In this document: one piece after another, positions 1 through 7,224 of the stretch
How positions within the stretch are numbered: the stretch's first letter is position 1
Layout: each line of letters opens with the position of its first letter
DNA from: Bdellovibrionia bacterium
GTDB taxonomy: Bacteria; Bdellovibrionota; UBA1018
Assembly (NCBI GenBank): GCA_045805065.1
Contig: JBJMMA010000237.1
Coordinates: 1-16,174, forward strand
Length of the DNA: 16,174 nt
Direction: 5' to 3'
The notes under the pieces: model-generated
Told to the model about the DNA's origin: nothing
Databases searched by the model: none
The model's input: only the letters and a program-made list of their open reading frames with translations
Made by a program: the position numbers and the translations under genes

Positions 1-1
1 A

Positions 2-604
2 CTCTGGGCGGACTTCAAACCTCATTGGGCGTTGGTGGTGTGGTGGCCGATGGTTCTTGGGCTCGCGCTTGCCTGGGCCAAGCAGGGGAGTGCCTGGGCA
101 AAGTGGCAGACCCGTTACGGGCTTACTCTGGGAGCAGTGGTCCTGGTCTGTTGTCATGTGCCAGTGGTTCAATACGCCATTTACAAGGCAAAGAGCGAGC
201 AAGCGGATCCAAGACTGGATGTGACGAACGATCTTTACGGGTGGCAAAAGCTGGGTGAGTTTTTGCGGAAGCAGCCTGGAAACGAAGATCTTTCGATTCC
301 TGTTTTAGGGTCTCGCTATCAAACCGCATCACAGGCATGGTTTGCCTTAGGTGCAAAAGCCAGGGTCAGCATGCTGCCGTTGGATGTTAAGTCCCGCGAT
401 GAGTGGCCTAATCTCTCTGTATCAAAAAGCTTAGGACCTGACTGGTCTGAGCTGACTCATCCCGTTTTCTTTGTTGCGGATAACCGATATGACGCTGCTC
501 CTGAGTTTCCTCATTCTCGCTGCAATAAAGCGGGAAGGGTCCAAGAGGATCGCGCTGGCTATCCCGCCAAATGGATCGATGTCTGGCGCTGTGAGCCCAT
601 GTGA
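2..604 (+). CDS. 3' part of an ArnT/PMT-like (GT39/GT-C) membrane glycosyltransferase, truncated at the window edge
   Basis: Frame is open from position 2 (LWADFKPHWALVVWWP...). Hydrophobic helices are followed by LYGWQKLG and SRYQTASQAWF, which resemble the C-terminal periplasmic region of GT39-family proteins. Confidence 0.6.
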   Translation, partial: LWADFKPHWALVVWWPMVLGLALAWAKQGSAWAKWQTRYGLTLGAVVLVCCHVPVVQYAIYKAKSEQADPRLDVTNDLYGWQKLGEFLRKQPGNEDLSIPVLGSRYQTASQAWFALGAKARVSMLPLDVKSRDEWPNLSVSKSLGPDWSELTHPVFFVADNRYDAAPEFPHSRCNKAGRVQEDRAGYPAKWIDVWRCEPM

Positions 605-663
605 TCAGCTTGCCTGATCAATGTGTGGTGATCAGCTTGCCTGATCACATGTAAAATGATCAG
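598..663. repeat. Intergenic 20-bp direct repeat GTGATCAGCTTGCCTGATCA (601-620, 628-647), self-complementary; possible bidirectional terminator
   Basis: Two identical 20-mers. Each folds as TGATCAG/CTGATCA with a 5-nt loop. Outer arms 598-608 and 641-651 are exact reverse complements. Five TGATCA hexamers start at 602, 615, 629, 642 and 657. Lies between convergent genes. Confidence 0.85.
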
Positions 664-1865
664 TTCGTTACCGTGCCGTTTGTAGCAGCAGGAACGACCT
701 GGACCGAATCCGTGCGAATCCAACCAGCGATCTCTTCGCCATTTTGTGAGGCGCTAGCCGATTGCGGAAGGACCTTAAACCAGCGATCGTTCCAATCCGT
801 GACGACGTACTTGGCTCTCTCGTCGGCATTGCCTACGACGGGATAAACCATTCCAGGGCCTGAACGAAGGTGGATGTTCTTTGCTTTGGGTTGAACGACC
901 AAAGGTGGATTGTCGCTCGAGAGCTGTACCGGGTGAGGAGCAGTCGGAGCAGGCATGCGCTCTGGAGCCATCGCCTGGCTTCGAACTTGATCCGAATATC
1001 CCGTATTAGGCTGAGCTTGTGCGACTTTGGCCACAGCAACAGGCGTAATCGGGTGAGACGTTTGCGCTACAGTGTCGCTCTCCTCGGCTCGTGCCGGGGC
1101 CTGGTGGCGATCGCTTAAAGTTGGGCGAGTCTTTTCGATGATCTCACCGCTTTGCATGAGCAGATAGAGGCCTGATCCCAGCGCAAAGGCCGCTGCAATG
1201 CCAATGGCCATCGGAAGAAGCCGGATTTTTCCAGCCGCTGCCGGAACTTCCGGAAGAGGCTCTGGGAAAAGCCCCATATTATTCACGCCATTCACGCCGT
1301 TCATGTAAGAAGGCATTGCGTTGCGGTCAACGCTTGCGCCTGCAGGCGCATTCGGGCCTGAGAGGGGACGTGCACCTGCTTCTTGTGACACTGGAGCAAA
1401 GGGTTGGGGATGAGAGATCTTGTCGAAAGGAAGATCCATCGCTGCAAGCGGATTTGAGCGATCTGTTTCAACGTGAGACGTATTGGCAGCGTGCAGGGGA
1501 TTGATCATTCCAGATGCCGTGTTTCGGCGGGTTGCGGGCTTAACAACCGGTTTGTCCGAATGAGCGGCAGGTGCTGCCGACATTGCGGCTGAAGACGCAG
1601 ATTGGGAAGCAGAAGTGCCTGCATTGTTCGTATAACGATTGAGAGTGCGGGTCGCTGCTTCGCTCAGAAGCGGATTTTCAGAAGATTCCGGAAGCAGGAC
1701 TTTTTCACCCGCCGGCGCGCGGTCCACTTTGATGATGTTGACTTCGGCCTTTCTGACGAGTGCGTATCCACCACATTGATAGCACCGAGAAAATGACCAG
1801 CTTGTGGTCATTTTATCATCAGCAATGCCTAAACTCACACCACAGTGCGGACAATTCCAACGCAT
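660..1865 (-). CDS. Bitopic membrane protein: N-terminal zinc ribbon (CPHC-x19-CYQC), disordered linker, one TM helix, periplasmic C-terminal bacterial SH3 (SH3b) domain
   Basis: Two CxxC pairs at the N-terminus; TM segment LLPMAIGIAAAFALGSGLYLLM; C-terminal NIHLRSGPG...WFKV...GWI SH3b pattern; RBS-like GGGAG before the ATG. Confidence 0.8.
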   Translation of the reverse strand: MRWNCPHCGVSLGIADDKMTTSWSFSRCYQCGGYALVRKAEVNIIKVDRAPAGEKVLLPESSENPLLSEAATRTLNRYTNNAGTSASQSASSAAMSAAPAAHSDKPVVKPATRRNTASGMINPLHAANTSHVETDRSNPLAAMDLPFDKISHPQPFAPVSQEAGARPLSGPNAPAGASVDRNAMPSYMNGVNGVNNMGLFPEPLPEVPAAAGKIRLLPMAIGIAAAFALGSGLYLLMQSGEIIEKTRPTLSDRHQAPARAEESDTVAQTSHPITPVAVAKVAQAQPNTGYSDQVRSQAMAPERMPAPTAPHPVQLSSDNPPLVVQPKAKNIHLRSGPGMVYPVVGNADERAKYVVTDWNDRWFKVLPQSASASQNGEEIAGWIRTDSVQVVPAATNGTVTN

Positions 1866-1910
1866 GGGAAGCTCCCTCTGCGTACTAGTTTTTCACAGCT
1901 GGGATTTCGG

Positions 1911-2705
1911 TCAATGGGCAGTAGTTGCCGCATCAGGAGCCGCGCCCACGGGCTCCGCCAAAGGCACTCCAGTGGCCTCAGGAGCGAGGATGCGAAGAAC
2001 GACGCGTCGGTTCTTTGACAATGCTTCCTCATCCCACTCTCCGGCGGGATTGCGGGAAGGGGCTTCCGGCCGGGTGTCGGCATAGCCGATGGCGGCAAGT
2101 TTTTGAGGCGAGAACCCGAGATCCAGAAACATTCGCACAACGCGCGAGGCACGCGCTCCGGAGAGTTCCCAGTTGGTGGGGAATGTGCCGCCTAAGATCG
2201 GTCTGCTATCGGTGTGACCCTCAACTATGATCCGGTACTCTCTCTTGTCGGCTTGTTGACGATTGGAGATCGTCGCGATGAGTTTATCAAGCACGACCTT
2301 GCCTTCGGGCTTCACGTCCGCCGAAAGGGTGTCAAAGAAGACGGTGGATTGAAACGTCACGCTCACGCCAGTGGCGTCCGTTTTGACGTTTGCAAGCTTT
2401 CCAAGCTGAGCATCGCTGATGACTTGAGTGATGAAGTTGGCGAGCTCCTGAACCTTGGGTTTTTCGTATTTTCCTTTGAACTGTGTGGCGAGCTCTTTCT
2501 TGGCTGACTCAAACTTGTTTTGGTCCACCGTAGAAAGCGCAAACATCATGATGAAAAACCCGCAAAGCAGGGTCATCATGTCGGCATAAGAAACCAGCCA
2601 GTTGGTCTCGTCGTGATGCTGAGTCTGATAAGGATTGGATTCCTTATGCCTCTTTGGCAGAGGAAACTCATGCTCCTTATTGTATTTGATCCTCTTCGTA
2701 TTCAC
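1911..2705 (-). CDS. motB: MotB/PomB-family stator subunit with OmpA-like peptidoglycan-binding domain
   Basis: TM WLVSYADMMTLLCGFFIMMF with the conserved Asp; C-terminal VEGHTD, NWELSGARA, GYADTRP and NRRV motifs; GTGA overlap with motA. Confidence 0.95.
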   Translation of the reverse strand: MNTKRIKYNKEHEFPLPKRHKESNPYQTQHHDETNWLVSYADMMTLLCGFFIMMFALSTVDQNKFESAKKELATQFKGKYEKPKVQELANFITQVISDAQLGKLANVKTDATGVSVTFQSTVFFDTLSADVKPEGKVVLDKLIATISNRQQADKREYRIIVEGHTDSRPILGGTFPTNWELSGARASRVVRMFLDLGFSPQKLAAIGYADTRPEAPSRNPAGEWDEEALSKNRRVVLRILAPEATGVPLAEPVGAAPDAATTAH

Positions 2706-3484
2706 GCAGCTTTTCTCACGACGCGTTCACGAGGCATGAGGAAGGAGTTGAGCCCTTCGCGCATTGCGATCGGATTGACCTGGGACTTGAGCATAAGCGT
2801 GCCTTCCACGATCATGCGCCGAAGAGTGAGCTCCTCATGTGAGCGCTCAGTCAGGTTCTCCGCGATGGGAAGGAAGATCAGGTTTGCCAGTGCAATCCCA
2901 TAGAGGGTTCCAATCAGACCGACGGACATGGCAGGTCCGATGAGCTTCTGACTATCGGCCTGGCCGACCTTCTGAAGGACACCGATCATGCCAAGCGTTG
3001 TGGCAAGAAGTCCGAAGGCTGGAGGAAAGCGGCCGATCGTGCGGAACATGTTGGCTTCGTACATGTAGCGCATTTCTATTGTCTTGATCCGTTGCTCCAG
3101 AGTGGTTCTGATCTCATGTTCATTGAGAACGCCTGCTGCAACGAGTGCGACGGCTTCACGAAGAAACGGATGCTGAATGGAGTTCAGTGACTCAGAAAGA
3201 GCGGACAGGCCCATGCTTGCGCGCTTGTTCAGCTCGAGAAGCTGCGTGATGGTTCCTTGATAATCGACCTTGTTCTGACCCAGTACTCGCAAAGCAAAAA
3301 CGCGGGTAAGCGCAATGAGATGCGAAAGCGGGTAGCTGATGCTTGCTGCGGCGGCGGTCCCGCCGCAAACGATGAGGATCCCGTGAAGATCGAGAAAGAC
3401 CTCCAGGTTATCCGTCGTGGAGGTGAGAGCAATGAACATCACGCTGATGCCAATGAATACGCCAAAGAAAGATGAGAAGTTCAT
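2702..3484 (-). CDS. motA: MotA/PomA-family stator subunit
   Basis: GILIVCGGT, PAFGLLATTLGMI, IGPAMSVGLIGTLYGIALANLIFLPIAENL and NP motifs typical of MotA/PomA; 260 aa; RBS AAGGAGG. Confidence 0.95.
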   Translation of the reverse strand: MNFSSFFGVFIGISVMFIALTSTTDNLEVFLDLHGILIVCGGTAAAASISYPLSHLIALTRVFALRVLGQNKVDYQGTITQLLELNKRASMGLSALSESLNSIQHPFLREAVALVAAGVLNEHEIRTTLEQRIKTIEMRYMYEANMFRTIGRFPPAFGLLATTLGMIGVLQKVGQADSQKLIGPAMSVGLIGTLYGIALANLIFLPIAENLTERSHEELTLRRMIVEGTLMLKSQVNPIAMREGLNSFLMPRERVVRKAA

Positions 3485-3485
3485 G

Positions 3486-3986
3486 TTAAGCGGCCTCCTT
3501 CTTCAGTGCGATCTTCCAAAGCTGGTATTGGCTGATCACGTAATTGTCATCCAGTTCACGAAGTCTTGCGACGAGGTGTTTCACGCAGCTTTCGTAAAAG
3601 CGCACCTTTGTGGCAGGTGAGTGATTCAACAAGGCTTGAAACGCTTCCTTGGAAACAAAAAAGAGGTCGCATTCCGTCAGGGCTTTAACGGTTGCGGAGC
3701 GCGGATTATTGTCCACCAACGACATTTCTCCAAAAAAACTGCCTTTGCGAAGTTGGCCGATGTCGTAGTTCTCGCCCGTAAGCTTGTTGGTCTTGAAGAT
3801 CCCCACCATGCCCTCAACGATCAGATACAAACCCCAGGAGAGCTCGCCTTCAATCACGATGTTGGAATGAGGCTCGTATTTGATCCATCGGCCGAGCTGA
3901 AGCACTTGGGTGAGCTCAGAATCCGTCAGAGGCTGAAGAAGCTTGATCTCTTTCAGGAGAGAGATGCTGGGCTTTTGCGTACTCAT
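3486..3986 (-). CDS. Stand-alone cyclic nucleotide-binding (CNB/CAP_ED) domain protein, no HTH
   Basis: IVIEGE, LYLIVEG and FFGEMSLVDNNPRSATV phosphate-binding cassette; 166 aa ending after a C-helix; ATGA overlap upstream and 1-nt gap to motA. Confidence 0.92.
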   Translation of the reverse strand: MSTQKPSISLLKEIKLLQPLTDSELTQVLQLGRWIKYEPHSNIVIEGELSWGLYLIVEGMVGIFKTNKLTGENYDIGQLRKGSFFGEMSLVDNNPRSATVKALTECDLFFVSKEAFQALLNHSPATKVRFYESCVKHLVARLRELDDNYVISQYQLWKIALKKEAA

Positions 3987-6409
3987 CCAGCCTCCCGTCT
4001 TGAGACGCCGTCCGGAGTAATGCTTCCAACGACGCCACCGGCTTGGATGTTGGTCGTCATATCGCCGTGTTGATCGGCGAACATGCGCTCATTGGTTTCG
4101 ACAAGATTGATCAGACCGTCGTTTGCCATGAGCTTCATTCGGTTCAAGATCTTGCGCTCGATCGCAAAGTAGGTCTCGCGGTTGACTTGCGGCGCATTTG
4201 CCACTTCGTCCTCAAGCTCGATTGCAAGCTCACGAGGGGACTTGGCGAAGATCGCGTCACGGACTGCAGGAGGCGCTGCCTTGAGGAACTGGATCAACTC
4301 ATCATGGCGCAGGCTGAGCACCACTTCAAGCAACTGACCATCGCGAAGATAGCGAAGCGTCTCGACGCTGACCAGCTTGCCTTTGACGTTGCGAGCACTG
4401 TCAGGACTTGATGACTCGAGGTTTTTCATGACGTCACGTTGCAAGCCCGTGCCCGTGCGCTCAAGCAGGCTGACCAGGACTTCAGAGCCAGGGAGCGCTT
4501 CAGTGTTGAGGCGAGGATTTTCACGGCGCTTGCGCTTGAGGGCGTTTGCGACGTTGAAGATGAAATCACGTGGCAAGTAATCGATGCGGCTGAGCTCGGC
4601 CAGCAGCTTCATGCGGATCTCTTCATCAAGATGTCCGTAAATCATGGAGCGCTTCTGAGCGTCGCATTGAGTGAGGATAATGGCTTTCACGGTAATAGAC
4701 TCATTGCGGATCATTTCGAGGATCTGCATCGCATCCATCTCAGCCAGGAAGTCAAAGAGGTTCGAGGAGCGGTTGCCGATCACGGCGAGTTTACCCGATA
4801 CTGTGCGCTGATGGAGCTTGCGGAGAAGATCCAGGCGCTCGACATCCTTCAGGTCAATCGTTGTGCGAGCGTAGTACTCCATGAGCTCGTTCATATCGCC
4901 CTGCAAGCTTGGGTCACGGAGCATGTCGATGACGATGCTCTCGCCAAAGATATGGAGATAGAGAGCGGTGATTTCAATTCCATCCTCGGTGATGACGCGC
5001 GTGAAGACATGCTTGGCAACACGTGGATGTTGGGAGAAGACCTGGACCAAGTCATCCGTCAGGCGTTGGATCTCAAGTCTGCGCGAGAGGGTGGTGGAGG
5101 TATCACTGGAACCCTCAGAAGAGCTTCCCATCTCATCGGATGCCGCTGACTTGTTAGATAAGCTTGAGGCGGCAGTCTGGCTTGGAGTATGCGTCACCAA
5201 AGCGTGGCGCTGACGCATGCTTGCGATCGCGATGAAGATCAGAAGAGAAAGGATCGAGCAGCCAAAGATCAGAGCGTAGACTTTGAAGTTCTGAAGCTCG
5301 GCATGAACGGCGTCGCCATTCTCGACGCGCTCAATTTTCTCATAGTGCTCAAAGCGCTCTTTTTTCGTGTCGTTTGAATTCGATGTGTTTGAGGCATTCG
5401 TCGCAGCCGTCGAATTGAGCTCGTTGGAGGAAGAATTATTGGCGTTCTCATTGTGCTGGCGCGACTCAACACTGCGGGAGTCACTGCTCTTGTTTTCCAT
5501 TTGTTCGCGGTTGAGCTTCTCGCTGGAGAGCCCGCGTTTTGCACCTGTGAATTCGCCCTCGTTATCGAGAGTTCCATAGCCAGGCACCGCGGAATTCATG
5601 GACGAGGGTTTTGGGAAGCGTAAGGTCTTCGAGTTCAGTGCGACGTGTTTGAATGAGCTCGTCTTGAGTTTGATCATCTCGACGATATTAGTGCGCTCTT
5701 CGGGGCTTAAGGACTCATCAATCAGGAGCGTGCCCCCGATTTCCTTGATCTTGATCGCGATATCGCCTTCCTGGACAAATTCACCTGGGGCAGCGTACTG
5801 GGCTTCCTCAGCGTTGACGGCTTCGGTTTTCAGATTGAAGTCCGTGAACAAGCACTGTTCCGGGCAGAACTGCTGGATCAGAGTGTTGACGGTGTTTTCA
5901 AAGTTCTTTGCGATGCGATCGCGAAGCTCCGCGACCTTGCCCTCGGATCCTGCTGGATCAGGGAAATGGACAACATCCATATCGACGGTGACAGGGTAGT
6001 CAAGCGTATCGAGATAGCGTTGGATGAGCTCGAGAAGCTTTCCGCGCGAGACGGCGCCAATCTTGTCGGCCATCAGAATCTTCATCTTTGCGGAAGTTGG
6101 CGCAAGAGAATCAGGTCCGACCGGAGGTGGTTCATCAAAGCCTGGTGCGATCGTTTCAGGGACGTTAAGATCGACTTGAACGGCAACAGACAGAAGCTTG
6201 CACTGGTCATGACAATACTTATCGAGAAGCGGTTCCACCAACCGGCGGATCTGGTTCTCAGTCGACTTTTGGACAGTCTCGCGAACCGTGCTTGCTCCAG
6301 GCAAGGTCGCTGCAAGAGAAGGGGTTGCCAAGGAGCCGCCGATCAGTCCAGCGAGCACGATCAGAGCTGATAATCTCATCATCAGAGCTCTTTTCATGAA
6401 ACTTCTCAT
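3983..6409 (-). CDS. Membrane-anchored FliG-domain protein; apparent FliF-FliG-like fusion (signal peptide, two periplasmic repeats, TM, FliF-tail-like helix, FliG N/M/C-like domains)
   Basis: aa 551-625 resemble FliG-M (FDFLAEMDAMQILEMIRNE...). aa 679-770 resemble FliG-C (LKAA...ELEDE...ERKILNRMKLMANDGLI). TM at aa ~376-397; N-terminal signal peptide. The FliG call is strong; the FliF-like call is inference. Confidence 0.85.
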   Translation of the reverse strand: MRSFMKRALMMRLSALIVLAGLIGGSLATPSLAATLPGASTVRETVQKSTENQIRRLVEPLLDKYCHDQCKLLSVAVQVDLNVPETIAPGFDEPPPVGPDSLAPTSAKMKILMADKIGAVSRGKLLELIQRYLDTLDYPVTVDMDVVHFPDPAGSEGKVAELRDRIAKNFENTVNTLIQQFCPEQCLFTDFNLKTEAVNAEEAQYAAPGEFVQEGDIAIKIKEIGGTLLIDESLSPEERTNIVEMIKLKTSSFKHVALNSKTLRFPKPSSMNSAVPGYGTLDNEGEFTGAKRGLSSEKLNREQMENKSSDSRSVESRQHNENANNSSSNELNSTAATNASNTSNSNDTKKERFEHYEKIERVENGDAVHAELQNFKVYALIFGCSILSLLIFIAIASMRQRHALVTHTPSQTAASSLSNKSAASDEMGSSSEGSSDTSTTLSRRLEIQRLTDDLVQVFSQHPRVAKHVFTRVITEDGIEITALYLHIFGESIVIDMLRDPSLQGDMNELMEYYARTTIDLKDVERLDLLRKLHQRTVSGKLAVIGNRSSNLFDFLAEMDAMQILEMIRNESITVKAIILTQCDAQKRSMIYGHLDEEIRMKLLAELSRIDYLPRDFIFNVANALKRKRRENPRLNTEALPGSEVLVSLLERTGTGLQRDVMKNLESSSPDSARNVKGKLVSVETLRYLRDGQLLEVVLSLRHDELIQFLKAAPPAVRDAIFAKSPRELAIELEDEVANAPQVNRETYFAIERKILNRMKLMANDGLINLVETNERMFADQHGDMTTNIQAGGVVGSITPDGVSRREAG

Positions 6410-7212
6410 GGCGTCACCTCCGCCTGGCTCTCACCAGAGCTAGAGGGCGATGCTGCAGGAATGCGTCCGCCGCGTCGCTCGATGAAGCGACGAAGAGTTT
6501 GATCTCCTGGATTGAACCGAAGTGCTTGTCCCCAGGACTTCAAGGCAAGATCTCTGCGACCTACGCGATCCAGAAGCGTGCCCTTCATCTCATGAAGTTT
6601 CGGATCGGTTGGGAAATCGTGGATCATGGAGTCCACTTCAATCAGGCCGGCCTCATAGCGACCCATGCGATAGAGTTGCTTGATGTGATCCATGGATGCC
6701 AGATAGCTCTTCTGGCGTTCAGGGGTCATTTCTTCGGATTGAACCAGGCCCAGACCTTTTTCGATATCGCTTCTCTTTTGCTCATCTTCAAAAGGCGCTT
6801 GGGAGAACTTTCTTGTCAGCTCGCGGTCGGTCCTGGTCGGAGCCAGGTTTGCGTAAGCGTTTTCAGCAGCGGGTACAGCAGAGTCATCTGCCGCCGAGGC
6901 TGGAGCGCGCGAAGCTGATCCGCCTGAGACAGGGAGCACGAAATCGGTAACTCCTTGGTTTGCGCGGGAGAGCTCAACCTCAACTGCCTTGTTTCCGTTT
7001 TTGGAGCGGAAGATCATCGTGTCCGCTGGATCTGCGTTATTTGCCAAAGTTGGCTCATAATCGCCGAAAGGATTGGAGATCGGTTTGTTTTCCTCTTTTG
7101 AGGTGTCGGCGGCAAAAATGCCACGAACGCTTGAGCAGGCGACGCACGAGAGCGACGCGAGAGCCAGGGCTCCTGCGATTCTCATCGTGTTTTTTCTCGT
7201 CGTCCGTTTCAC
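6406..7212 (-). CDS. Lipoprotein with C-terminal TPR repeats
   Basis: Basic N-terminus, hydrophobic stretch and lipobox (CVAC); TPR-like helices YRMGRYEAGL...PKLHEMKGTLLDRVGRRDLALKSWGQALRFNP; GTG start with AAGGAG RBS; ATGA overlap with the next gene. Confidence 0.85.
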   Translation of the reverse strand: MKRTTRKNTMRIAGALALASLSCVACSSVRGIFAADTSKEENKPISNPFGDYEPTLANNADPADTMIFRSKNGNKAVEVELSRANQGVTDFVLPVSGGSASRAPASAADDSAVPAAENAYANLAPTRTDRELTRKFSQAPFEDEQKRSDIEKGLGLVQSEEMTPERQKSYLASMDHIKQLYRMGRYEAGLIEVDSMIHDFPTDPKLHEMKGTLLDRVGRRDLALKSWGQALRFNPGDQTLRRFIERRGGRIPAASPSSSGESQAEVTP

Positions 7213-7224
7213 GTTCTCATCTCC

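Noticed and set aside
598..663. CRISPR array or CRP/FNR site
   Set aside because: Only two 20-bp units with a 7-bp spacer and no cas genes; half-site spacing does not fit TGTGA-N6-TCACA or TTGAT-N4-ATCAA.
1278..1304. 9-bp repeat encoding NGVNGVNN
   Set aside because: Trivial low-complexity duplication in a disordered linker.
1911..3484. Zorya ZorAB anti-phage system
   Set aside because: MotA is a normal 260-aa stator subunit without the long ZorA cytoplasmic tail. No ZorC/D/E-like helicase or nuclease is nearby, and a FliG-like partner is present.
1911..3484. TolQR/ExbBD/AglRQS-type motor
   Set aside because: The B subunit has the WxxxYAD TM and an OmpA-like peptidoglycan-binding domain, diagnostic of MotB rather than ExbD/TolR.
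3486..3986. Crp/Fnr transcription factor
   Set aside because: The protein ends shortly after the C-helix; there is no HTH domain.
4439..5149. Long antisense ORFs (e.g. 4439-5149 +, 9964-10521 +, 14233-14964 +, 15518-16024 -)
   Set aside because: They are shadows of well-supported genes on the opposite strand, with no recognisable motifs.
3983..6409. Ordinary flagellar fliG in a flagellar operon, or MgtE N-terminal domain
   Set aside because: The protein is 808 aa with a signal peptide and TM, and has no flagellar neighbours other than motAB. Both FliG-M- and FliG-C-like regions are present, with no CBS or MgtE membrane domain.
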